A stretch of DNA of 64,000 nt, from contig NW_026868127.1 in NCBI RefSeq assembly GCF_020745735.1, positions 1 through 64,000 of the forward strand, written 5' to 3'. The DNA comes from Hemiscyllium ocellatum. Its lineage: Eukaryota. This document shows positions 12,591 to 23,675 of this stretch, one piece after another. The number at the start of each line of letters is the position of its first letter. The stretch's first letter is position 1. Under the pieces are notes generated by a model. The model was not told the DNA's origin. It made no database searches and saw only the letters and a list, made by a program, of their open reading frames with translations. Position numbers and translations under genes: made by a program.

Positions 12591-13081
12591 CCCTTTTCCA
12601 GATTGACATTGACAGAAAACAGTCAGCAATTAACAGCCCAGACAGAGGAAGCTGCTCAAATTCACAGCCACAATGGAGCTTGAGGAAAACACTTGTGGAG
12701 AATTTCTCAATAACATGAGAATCCTGTCCCTTTAAACAGTGACAAAACCTTAAATTGGAACTGGCGGCTGAGCAGAAAGGAGGTCTGTTTTACTGAAACA
12801 GAGACTTTTGAGGTTCACATTGTTTTTGCACAGCTGACAGTCTTTAGCACTGTCCCCATCAAACACATCCAGGTCAGGGAATGCATGGGACTAGATAAAG
12901 AGTAAAGTTTTCTCTACACTATCCCAACAACCAGCCTTAACCCCTGAAGCTCAGAAGTATCTCCAAGCCAGTCCTGAGAAGGAAGAGAGTTGAAATTCAG
13001 TGCTGAAAATGACCTTTGACCTGCCAGCTCAGCACTGTTCTATTTAAAGTTGTGTCTCCTCTGTGGACTGTCTCAAACACT

Positions 13082-13410
13082 CTACACACATTCTGATCTC
13101 CTGATGCTCTTGCTGAGGGGAGAGGGGAGTGTCACATGGGTGAGGGCACAGGAGAAGTGAGCGTTGGACTCCCAGTCAGACCCAGAGAGGGTCAGCAGGC
13201 TGCTGACACTGTAGGTGCTGTCCGAAGCTCGCAGGTAGTTGCTGGTCTGAACCCCGTCCGAAATGACTGCACCGTCCTTCTTCCACTGCACCTCCAGCTC
13301 ATCGGGATAGAAGTGATTGGCAAGGCATACCAGGGTGGCAGTGCCCTTGGCATTGACCTGCTCCGGGGAGGGGGGCAGCAGGGTCAGCTTGGGCTGAGAG
13401 TTGTCACGGA
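13082..13410 (-). CDS. IGKC: Ig light chain kappa-type (NS4/type III-like) constant exon C1
   Basis: tctttcag acceptor, phase 1; (I)RDNSQPKLTLLPPSPEQVNAKGTATLVCLANHFYPDELEVQWKKDG...ESNAHFSCALTHVTLPSPLSKSIRRSECV*; C1-set Cys/Trp/Cys and penultimate interchain Cys. Confidence 0.97.
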
Positions 13411-14037
13411 CTGAAAGACAAGAGAAACAATTTTAATCCCTGCCTTTTGAAGGTACATAGACTCTCTGAACATTAACTGCTAAAACGTTTGAACATTTGT
13501 ACCCAGTACCTAGCAGACCTGACAAAGCACTGGCATTTTAAACATTGCTTTTTAGGACGTGTATGGCACTGGCAGAGCCAGTCGCTGCCCATCCCTAACT
13601 GTCTCTGAGAAGGTGATGGTGACGCAGCAGAAAGATAAGGGACAGTCCGTGACCACCATTTGAGGAATGAATGTGGGCAGCTGGAAGGGCTATCAATGTG
13701 GGAGCATTTTAGTGACAGTGATCGGAACTCAGTGAGATTGAGAATAGGGATGGAAATGGAGAACCGTGGAGCAAGTGTAAAAGTTTTGATTTGGGAACAA
13801 TCCATTTTACCAAACTGTGTGGTAATTTGATAAAAGAGCACTGGAACCATCGCCTTGATGGGAGATCAGTGACAGGGCAGTGGGAGGTCTCCAAGGATGA
13901 GACAGGCACAGAGATCATTCAGAATCTTTTCCCAAAAGAGTAAGAGTGACACTCCCAAAGAGAGAGTCTCGGCAAAGATGTGAAACTATCGATATGATGT
14001 GGAGGCTCTGGTGTCCAACTGGGGTGGACATGTTCAG

Positions 14038-14205
14038 GAGTCACATGACACCAGGTTCCAGTCCAACAGGTTTATTTAAAATCACGAGCTTGTGAGACGC
14101 TGCTCCATCTTCAGGTGAAGTGACTTCAGTGCTGAAGGAACAGAGCTCTGAAAGCTTGTGATTTGAAATTAGTCTGTTGGACTATAACTTGGTGTCGTGT
14201 GACTT
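14038..14205. repeat. hairpin (inverted repeat, ~54 bp arms), MITE-like or Penelope-terminus-derived
   Basis: gagtcacatgacaccaggttccagtccaacagg...gagctt versus aagcttgtgatttgaaattagtctgttggactataacttggtgtcgtgtgactt. Confidence 0.75.
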
Positions 14206-14224
14206 CTGACCTCAAATGAAGCCC

Positions 14225-14700
14225 CGTTAGAGCACAATGAGAGAACTGTGTGCAGTTCTGGTCACCATATTGCAGGAAGGATGTGATCCCCCGAGAGATG
14301 GGGACAGTGGAGGATTTTGTCAGGAATGAGGAGTATTAGCTTTGAGGAATGATTGGTTTGGCTGGGACTGGTTTCTTTGGAACACAGGAGGCTGAGGGGA
14401 GAGTTGATCGATGGTGTGTAAAATGATGAGGGGTCTGGATAGAGTGGGTAGGAAGAACTGATTTCCATCAGCACAGAGGGCAATAACCATGGAGAGAGAT
14501 GGAAATGAATTGGGGGCAGGGTTCGAGGGGAGTTGAGGAGTAATTGTTTCACCCAGTGGCTGGTGGGGTCAGGACCTCACTAGCTGAAAGGGTGAGAGCG
14601 GCAGAAACCCTCATCACATTGAAAAAAACACCTGGATATTCACTTGAAACACCAAAGCCTCCAGAGCTATGGAGCAAGAGCTGGTATGTGGGGTGGAGTT
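14225..14700 (+). mobile_element. CR1-type LINE 3' fragment
   Basis: tgtgtgcagttctggtcaccatattgcaggaaggatgtg (CVQFWSPYCRKDV). Confidence 0.75.
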
Positions 14701-15699
14701 CGACACCTCTTTAACAAACCTCCGATCACTCACAGCTCGGGAGAACTTTATCCAACAACATTGGAGCAGAGTTGGATCAGCACACTTCAGGAAGGAGTCA
14801 CGTTGGGTGTCCATGTAGAAGGTTCCAGATTTTGTTTCAAGTCTTCCAGCTCAGCACTGGGGTAAGGTCAAATGTGAGGGTGCAAAGAGTCTCAGTGTCC
14901 TGGGATCAGACAGTGACACTGCTCTTAATGATCCCATGTTCCCTGGAAGATGGAAGCGTGCATCCAACGGGCAAGGGTCATGTTCTGGAGACTCCAACCT
15001 CAAAGAAAGACTTGCATTTATGTTGCACCTGCCTCCACCTAAGGATGTTGCAGTGGCTCTTTCCATCAGACTGTGCTCAGCAAGATCCCAGAGAGCTGGG
15101 TGACAATGAGGCGAGGATCAGATTTTTAGTGATGCTAATTAGGGAATCAATATTGACCAGGACACCAGGAGACACCGTCCTGCTGTCTGTCTAGGAGAGC
15201 CACGGAATGGCATCTCTGATATCTGAAAGGTTCCCAGTGCATCAAAAGAGAGACTTGTATGTCAGGCTCTCCCAAAGCATTTACAGAGAGTCAGGGACTT
15301 GTCTGGACACTGGTTAGTGTTGTAATGCAGAAAACACAATTTGCACACAGCAATATCGCACAAAAATAAATGAGATTATGAAGCATGTTCAGTGATATTT
15401 CAGGGATAAATATTGACCTGAAGTCAACCCAAAGAGAAAGCAAATGGGTTCAGTTGCACAAAACGTGAGAAAATGAAAGGCACAGGCGAAGGTGGGAGTC
15501 GTGGTTAGTGATGGGTTTGATTGTTACCAGAAAATAAAAGGAAGGATCAGAATTTGTGAATGTCATATTGTAACAAGGCAATACAGACAGTAGAAATAAC
15601 CTAAAATCTTTTTATGATAGCGCATTCGGAATAAGGTAGACAGAGTGATGCCACAAATTGAGGTTCCCAAGGACTTTAAAATCATTAAAGTGACGCAGG

Positions 15700-17009
15700 G
15701 TTCAGGAGAGGTTAGTAAAGTTCCCAAAACAATTAATAGGACATAGATTATGGAAAGGGTCAGAAAATTAATTTTAGGCACAGTGCATAAGGGGACAACT
15801 ATGAAAAGGAGGACAGTCAGTGCAGGACTGAGGGTGTTGTACCTGAATGCAGGGCGTATCCGAAATGAGGTAAATGAGCTTGTAACACAGATTGGAATTG
15901 GCAGGTACGATGTTTTGAGTATCACAGAGACCTGGCTGTAAGGGGTTGAGGGCTGGGAATGAAATACTCAAGGATGCACATCCGATTGACAGGACATGCT
16001 GATGGGCAGATGGGGGTGGGGTTACCTTCTTGGTAAGAAATGAAATGAGATCAATCACAAGAAGGGATTTAGAGTTGGAATGCATTTAATCTGTGTGGGT
16101 AGAGTTGAGGAGTTGCAAGGGAGAAAGAGCATGATGAGAACTTAGCACAGGACCCCCCAGCAGCAGTCAGGATATGAGGAAGAAAATAAATCAGGAGATA
16201 GAGAAGGCCCTGCTACAATAGTCATGAGGGACTTCAATATGCAGGGAGACTGGAAAATTAAATTGTTTGGGGATCTCATGGGTAGGAATTAATGGAATGT
16301 TTACAACATGGTTTTTAGAGCAGCTTGTGGTAGAGATCACTATGGAACAGGCAATTCTGGATTGGGTGATGTGTACTGAAGCAGACCTGATTAGGGAACT
16401 TAGGGTGAAGGAATCCCTTGGGGGTATTGACCGTAATATGACAGAATTCACCCTGCAGTTTGTGACAGGGAATCTGGAGTCAGTTGTACCGGTAATGCAA
16501 TTAACTTAAGGTAACTACAAAGACATGAGGGAGGAGCTGGCCAGAGTTGGTAAGAAAGGAAGCTGAGCATAAGAGAGAATGGAGCAGCAATGGCAGGAGT
16601 TTCTGGGGGTAATTTGGGAGGCAGAGCAGGAAGTTAACCCAAGGAAGAAGAAAGGTACTGAGTGGAGGCCAAGGCAACCATGGCTGATGAGGGAAGTCAG
16701 GGTCAGCATAAAAGCAAAAGAAAAAACAGGCAATGTGGTGAAGATTATTGGGAAGCCGGAGGATTGGGAAGCCTTTAATAAACAGCAGAGAGTAACTAAA
16801 AAAAAGTAAGGGTGGGTGTGTAAATAAAATATAATGGTCAGCGAGTTAGTAACATAAAAGAATATTGCAAGAGGTTTTCTTTAGATATATGAAAGGCAAG
16901 AGGGAGTCAATAATAGAAATTGTACCACTGGAAAAGGCAGAAGTAGTAATGGGGAACAAAGAAATGGTGGAAAAACTGCATCGGTGCCTTAAATCAGCTT
17001 TCACAGTAG
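15700..17009 (+). mobile_element. CR1-type LINE ORF2 endonuclease region (shared with cluster 2 intron)
   Basis: RVLYLNAG...YDVLSITETWL, EQAILDWVMC, PWLMREV; collinear with 58700-60300 (-). Confidence 0.85.
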
Positions 17010-17624
17010 TGTGGCAATGCTGCTCATTTCACAAGTTTGAGTTGTCCTTGGATTTTTTTTCAAGAGGGGTTGTAAAGGCAGAGGTTCCAATTTGTCTGGG
17101 TTAGGGACTTTGCTCATGGCTAACAGATACTGCCTAAGGCAACAGTCAGGGAAAAGGCTTTTAGGTTTTATATTAAACACTTGTCCAATAAAAGGAGAAT
17201 GGCCAGTTCTTCCAGTTTGCTGTTTTTGACAAACAGTCGGTTGGAAGCTCCTGGATAAAGAAAGCTGCTGGTGAGAAAGGTTCCCCAATTCAACATTTTC
17301 CAGTGGACTCACTTTCTGAAATTCCTCTCCTGTAAGAACCCCTGTGTTTATATTTACCTTTTTGCCAAGGCTATTACAGCAAATTGGAACAACTCTTTGT
17401 CAAGTTACATTTTTTCAAATAGTTGGGTTTTCAAATAGTTAAGTTATTCTAAATTCTGTTTTCTTTTGATTGTAAATAAATACTCTTTTCCTTCAAGCTG
17501 AGTGGTTTGGCCAGTTGTATCATTCCTGGAATATCCAGGTTACATTTGCTGAACACAATTCGAAAAGGTAAGGTCTGGGCTGCATTCTTAAAATGTTTTG
17601 AAGGGTCTGGCCTGGTCCATAACA
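17010..17624 (+). mobile_element. probable solo LTR (615 bp)
   Basis: TG...CA ends (tgtggcaatg...ggtccataaca), internal TATA-like and AATAAA, interrupts a CR1 copy; no TSD recognisable. Confidence 0.5.
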
Positions 17625-17629
17625 ATGTC

Positions 17630-19340
17630 ACAGAGTCCTACAGCATGGAGACAGGCCATTTGGACCAAACTGGTCCATTTACGCTAATCCTACACTTGGC
17701 CCATATCCTTCTGAATCCTTTCCTTTGCTGTATTTGTCCAAATGCCTTTTTAAATGTTATTAATGTACCCACCTCAACCACTTCCACTGGCAGCTCATTC
17801 CATATGCGAACAATCCTATGTGTAAAAAGGTTGCCCCTCAGGTTCCCTTTTTTTCTTTCCCCTCTAACCTTAAACTGATGCGCTCTAGCTCATATTCACA
17901 AACCTTGGGGAAAAGAACGAGTGAATTCACCCTATCCATGCCTCTCATAATCTTATGAGGTCCTCCCTCAGTCTCCTACACTCTAAAGAAAAAAGTACTC
18001 TCCCTTTAACCCAAACGATTGAATCCTGGCAAATTTCTTCTGCACTCTTTCCAGTTTAATAACATCCTTCCTGGAACAAGGTGACCAAAACTGAACACAA
18101 TATTCCAAGTGTGGCTTCACCAGTGTCCTGTATAACTGCAACATAACTTCCCAACATCTGTAGTCAATGCCCTGACTGATGAAGCTCTCTTCTCTGCTCT
18201 ATTTACTGTGACTCCATTTTCAGAGAACTGCTTATCTGAATTCTAAGGACCCTCTGTTCCACTATATTCCTTAAGGTCCTATCATTCACCATGAAACTCC
18301 TACCTTGCTTTAAATTTCCAAAATACAAGACCTCACATTTATCTGTATTAAACTCTATTTGTCATTTCTCGGCCCACTTCCCCAGCTGAGCAAGGTCCTG
18401 CTGCAATTTCTGATAACTGTCCGCACTGTCCACGATGCTGCTTAGATTAGACTTACAGTGTGGAAACAGGCCCTTCGGCCCAACAAGTCCACACCGACCC
18501 GCCGAAGCGCAACCCACCCATACCCCTACATTTACCCCTTACCTAACACTACGGGCAATTTAGCTTGGCCAATTCACCTGACCCCGCACATCTTTGGATT
18601 GTGGGAGGAAACCGGAGCACCCGGTGGAAACCCACGCAGACACGGGGAGAACGTGCAAACTCCACACAGTCAGTCGCCTGAGTCGGGAATTGAACCCGGG
18701 TCTACAGGCGCTGTGAGGCAGCAGTGCTAACCACTGTGCCACCGTGCCGCCCATAAATTATTTGAGTGTCATCAGCAAACTCACTAACCATGCCTTGTAC
18801 ATTCTCATCCAAAACATTGTTATAGATAACAAACAGCAATGGGCTCAGCACTGACCACTGAGGCACTCCACTAGTCACAGGCCTCCAGTACAATAAGGAT
18901 ACTTCCCCTATTACCCTGTGCTTTCTACCATCAAGCCAATCGTGTATTCAATTTGCCAGGTCACCTTGGATTCCATGCAATCTAACCTTCCATAACAGCC
19001 TGCCATGTGGAACCTTATCAAAGGCCTCACTGAAACCCATATAGACCACGTCTACCATCCTGCCCTCATAACCTTCCTGGTCAATTCATCAAAGTAACTT
19101 AACAGATTTGTGAGGCATATTCTCCCACTCACAAAGTCATGCTGACAACTCCTAATCAAATCCACTCTTTCCAAATGCATGTGTATCTTATCTTATCAAA
19201 CAACCTACCCACCACAAATGTTAAGCTTATAATTCCCAGGCTTTTGTTTTTCAGCCCTTTTTGAACAATGGCACAGTCTTCGCTATCCTCCAGTCTTCTG
19301 GCACCTCACCTGTGGCTAACCATGATGCTTGAATATCAGC
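17630..19340 (-). mobile_element. CR1-type LINE RT/3' fragment, interrupted by a SINE
   Basis: ORF 18702-18893 (-) WRPVTSGVPQWSVLSPLLFVIYNNVLDENVQGMVSEFADDT. Confidence 0.85.
18442..18752 (-). mobile_element. HE1-type SINE, full length, young
   Basis: same head, body and tail as 6809-7116. Confidence 0.9.
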
Positions 19341-19354
19341 CAGTACACCTGACC

Positions 19355-21000
19355 TTCAAGAGAGTTGGGAGCAGAAGTGAGTGGAAAGGGCATCACTAAG
19401 GTGGAGGGGTTGAGGCAGCTGAAAGGTCTGAAGGTGGATAAATCATTCAGACCCGATGGACTACACTCCAGAGTTCTGATGGAGATAGCTAAGGTAATTG
19501 TAGGGCCATTGGCTGTGATCTTTCAGAAATCACTGGAGTCAGGAGTGGTCCCAGAAGACTGGAAAATAGTGAATGTAACATCCCTGTTTAAGAAAGGAGG
19601 GAGGCAGAGATGGGACATTATAAGCTGGTTAGCCTGACCTCGGTCATTGGTAAGATTTTAGAGGTCTACCTAAGGGTGAGATTGCAGGTATTTGGAATCT
19701 CACCCTTAAGTCTGGTAAAATTGCAGCCTGGTAAAATTGGGCTGAGTCAGCACAGCTTCATCAAAGGGAGGCATGCCTGATAAATCTGTTAGAAATCTTT
19801 GAGGAGGTAACAAGTGAGTTAGACAAAGGAGAGCCAGTGGATGTGATCCATTTGGATTTCCACCAGGCCTTTGACAGGGTACAATAAAGGAGACTGCTAA
19901 GTCAAATCAGAGCCCATGCTGTCAGGAGCAAGGCACTGCGAAGTGTAGAGGATTGGCTGGCCGGCACAAAGGCGAGAGTAGGGACAAAGGGATTTTTTTC
20001 TGGATGGCTGGTGGTGCTTTGTGGCGATCTGCAGGGATCTGTGTTGGGACCACAACTATTCATATTATCCATTAACAATCTGGATAAGGAACTGAAGATA
20101 TTGTTCATATGTTTATAGATGACACAAAAATTGGTGAAAGGACAAGTGGAGTTGAGGAAGTGGGGGAGATTGCAGAAGGACTTGGTCAGGCTGAGAGAAT
20201 GTGCAAAGAAGTGGCAGGTGGAGTACAATGCGGGGACTTGTGAGGCTAGATACTTTGGTGGGAAGAATAGAGACACAGACTGTTTTCTGAGTGAGGAAAG
20301 ATTTCAGAAATCTGAAGCACGAAGAGAATTGGGAGTCCTTGCTCAGGTTTCTCTGAAGGTTAACGTGCAGGTTCACCATTGGCTGTTTGAAAGGCAGTTA
20401 CAGTGTTAGCATTAACTTTAACGTCAGAGGTGTACTGCTGAGTTTGTATAAGTCTGTAATCAGACCACATTTGGAATTTTGGTCTCCTTATTAAGGAAGG
20501 ATGTGCTGTCATTGGAGAGGGTCCAGAGGAAAAAGTGAGAAAGAATAAGAATGATCCTGGGAATGAAGGGGGTGTCATATAAAGAGCGGTTGAGGATTCT
20601 GGATCTGTATGCAATTGAGTTTAGAAAGATGATGGGGGAATCTTATTGAAACTACAGAATATTGAGAGGCCTGGAGAACATGGAGAAGGTGTTTCCACGA
20701 ATAGAAGAATCTCGGGCCCGAAGGCAAAGCCTCAGAGTGAAGAATGATCCGTCAGAACTGAGATAAGGAGGCATTTCTTCAGCCACAGGGTGGTGAATCT
20801 GTGGAACTCATTGTCACAGAGGTCTATGGATGCCAAGATGTTGAGAATATTTAAAACAGAGACAGATAGGTTCTTGGTCAGTAAGGAGATCAAATGTTAA
20901 AAGGAGAATGGGGTTGAGAAACACATCACACAAGGTCAAATGGCAGAGCAGACTCTCTTCTGACTGGCCCAATTCTGCTCCTATATCTTAAGTATTTTGG
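19355..21000 (+). mobile_element. CR1-type LINE RT to 3' end (continuation of the 15700 element)
   Basis: LKVDKSFRPDGLHSRVL...VPEDWKIVNVTSLFKKG; collinear with 57740-58640 (-). Confidence 0.85.
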
Positions 21001-21039
21001 GTTTATGTCGAGGTTCCTTGAAACCCTGGAAAACTGGAA

Positions 21040-21382
21040 GTACGGTCACTTAGTGGTTAGCCCTGCTACCTCACAGCGCTATGGACCCAGGTTTGATTCT
21101 AGCCTCGGGCGTCTGTCTGTGTGGAGTTTGCATGTTCTCCCCTGTGTCTGCGTGGGTTTCCTCCAGGTGCTCTGGTTTCCTCCCACAGTCCAAAGCTGTG
21201 CAGGTTCGGTGAATTGGCCATGCTAAATTGCCCATAGTGCAGGTTAGGTACATTAGTCAGGAGTAAATGTAGGTTAAAAAGGTAGGGGAATGGGTCTGGG
21301 TGGGTTATTGTTCGGAGGGTCAGCGTGGACTTGATGGACCAAATGGCCTGTTTCCATACTGTAGGAATTCTGTGATTCTATG
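21040..21382 (+). mobile_element. HE1-type SINE
   Basis: tagtggttag...gtggagtttgcatgttctcccc...gcctgtttccatactgtag. Confidence 0.85.
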
Positions 21383-21505
21383 GACATTGAAAGTACTGGT
21401 TTGTGAGCCCTGCTGTTGCTGTTTCTCAAAAGAACTTTGACAAAAGATAATCAGGGAGTGGTGAGAGTTGCATCAGGTTGCATGAGGAAACTGCTTGTCC
21501 TGCTT

Positions 21506-22480
21506 CCTGGAATACCATGAGCACAGGAAGTGTGGTCAGTGACAGCAGTTGGAACTCCGGGTTTCGGAGCTTGAGCAGCAGCTGGTGTCAGTGAGGAGCG
21601 TCCGTGAGGCTGAGAGCTCCGTAGAGAGCACGTTTCTAGATGTGATCACTCTGCAGCTTCAGAGTATGCAGGGAGAGAGGGAATGGGGGAGCAGCAGACA
21701 GTCCAAAAGGACCAGGCAGCTAGTACAGGAATCCCATGAGTGTATCTCACTCTCCAACCAGGATTCAGTTCAGAATCCTGATCAGAATGATGGTTCATCT
21801 GGGGCGTGCAGCCAGAGCCAAGTCCATGGCACCATGGGGGGCTCAGCTGTATAGGGGGGCACAAGGAAGACTGGAAGAGTGAGAGTGAGAGGAGATTCGA
21901 GAGTGAGGGCATCGATAGGTGTTTCTGCAGCTGCAGATGGGAATCCAGGATGGTGTGTTATCTCCCTGGTGCCAAGGTGAAGGATGTCACTGAGCTGCTG
22001 CAGAGCACCCTGAGGGGAGAGGGGGAACAGGCAGCAGTCATGGTCCACATCGGTCCCAGTGACAGCGGGAGAAAAGGGATGTGGTCCTCCAGTCAGAATT
22101 TAGGGAGTTCCAGAGGGAATTAGCAGCAGGAGCTCAAAAGTAGGAATTTCCAAGATTACCCCCAGTGCCCCACACAACTGAGAATAGAAAGAGGAGGATA
22201 GCACAGGTGACTGTGGAACTGAAAAGACAGTCCAGGAGGAAGGTATTTCGATTATTTTAACATTGGGACTGGCTTTGGGGGGAGATGGACATGTACAGAC
22301 CAGACGGGTTGCTCCTGAACAGACCTGGGACTGAGTTCCTTTGGGGTGATTTACTCGTGCTGTTGGAGAGGGTTTAAACTATCTTGGCCTGTGGGATCCA
22401 GGAGGGAATACCAGAGAGGAACACAGAGGTGCACAGAATCCTGGGAGAGATAGATAGCACCAGAATAAGGAATAGAACTT
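21506..22480 (+). mobile_element. CR1 ORF1 fragment (coiled coil and SGNH esterase)
   Basis: ELRVSELEQQL... then RMVCYLPGAKVKDV...VMVHIG, matching CR1 ORF1 esterase motifs also seen at 40786-41010. Confidence 0.75.
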
Positions 22481-22689
22481 CTTACCCAGTTTCAGAGTGA
22501 GGGAGAGAGAGTAATAAATTCTAAATCAGGGTAACTGTGTAAGGATGGGACTGCACGGAGTGTTGGGAATAAGACTGGGAAGGTACAGCCACAGAGTGTT
22601 AAGTGGAAATCTGATGTGTGTCTCTCACATAGGAAGATAAGATAATAAGAACATTAGAAATAGGAGCAGGAGTGGGCTATCTGACCCAT

Positions 22690-23141
22690 CGAGGATGAGG
22701 AACGTGAGTTATGAAGATAGACTGAAGACATTGGGACTGTTTTCCTCAGAGAAGAGAAGGCAGAGAGGAGATTTGATCGAGAAATTCAAAATCAGGAGGG
22801 GTCTGAACAGAGTAAACCAGGAGAAAATGTTCCCACCTGAGAAAGAATTGAGAGGGAGAGGCCATGGATTGAAAATAATTGGTAAAAGAGGCGAAAGTGA
22901 GATGGGGGAAAAACATTTTCAGCCAGTGGGTGGTTAAGGTGTGGAATGCACTGCCTGAGAGTGTGGTGGAGGCAGCTTCAATTAAAACATTCCGAAGGGA
23001 ATGAGACTGTTATTCAAAAAGGAACAATGTGCAGGGTGACAGGGAGAAGGCAGCAGAATGACACTCAGTGAATTGCTCATTCAGAGAGCCGGTCCAGACA
23101 GGATGAGTTGAATGGCCTCCTTGTGCACTGAAACGATTCTG
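22690..23141 (+). mobile_element. CR1/L2-type LINE 3' fragment, shared with 54180-54660
   Basis: RLKTLGLFSSEKRRQRGDLIE motif; tail gttgaatggcctccttgtgcactg. Confidence 0.8.
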
Positions 23142-23199
23142 TGATTGTGTGATTGAGCAGAGTTAAAGCTGGGGGAGGTGGGAGCTCGGTGTCTCACTG

Positions 23200-23201
<2 letters not shown>

Positions 23202-23231
<30 letters not shown>
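23202..23231. repeat. (CTG)10 trinucleotide repeat in J-C intron of cluster 1
   Basis: direct reading. Confidence 0.95.
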
Positions 23232-23601
23232 AGGTCAGTGAGATCAGAGACTGGGACAGGGAGCCAGAGCTCACATCAAACTCTGCCCCGTGTCCGTCAC
23301 ACTGAGACTGGCAGGAGGCTACTCACTGATTTCACTCCATGCTGCAGGAATGGGACCACAGGCTGCAAATGGACAGAGCTCCTCCACACGGTGAGTAAAA
23401 CTTACTGACTTATATCTTGCTGCTTAAGCAGGGCAATAGGACGACAGAAATACAGCTGGACACCCTGTTAGACACAGTGCTCCTCATTCAACCATTTCAT
23501 TCACTGCAGCTCCCCACTAACACCTGCATCAATTCAGCATTTGTGATTTAGAAAGTTTCAGTATTGAAAGGGTTAATAACGGAGGATTGAGGTTTACTTA
23601 C

Positions 23602-23636
23602 TCAGTCTGAGCTTGGTTCCTTTACCGAACGTAAGC
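23602..23636 (-). CDS. IGKJ: kappa-type J segment J1 (LTFGKGTKLRL)
   Basis: FGxG motif, GTAAGT donor at 23596-23601, adjacent 23-RSS. Confidence 0.97.
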
Positions 23637-23675
23637 CACAGTGAGAGCTCCCAGTGTAGAGGCTGTACAAAAACC
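23637..23675 (+). other. 23-bp-spacer RSS of J1
   Basis: CACAGTG (23637-43) + 23 nt + ACAAAAACC (23667-75), consensus. Confidence 0.97.

Noticed and set aside
23178-23408. Signal-peptide-like ORF MGARCLTVLLLLLLLLLLRSVRS
   Set aside because: Starts at GTG, the poly-Leu is just the CTG repeat, and the paralog (53932-54144) has a 1-nt indel that breaks the frame.
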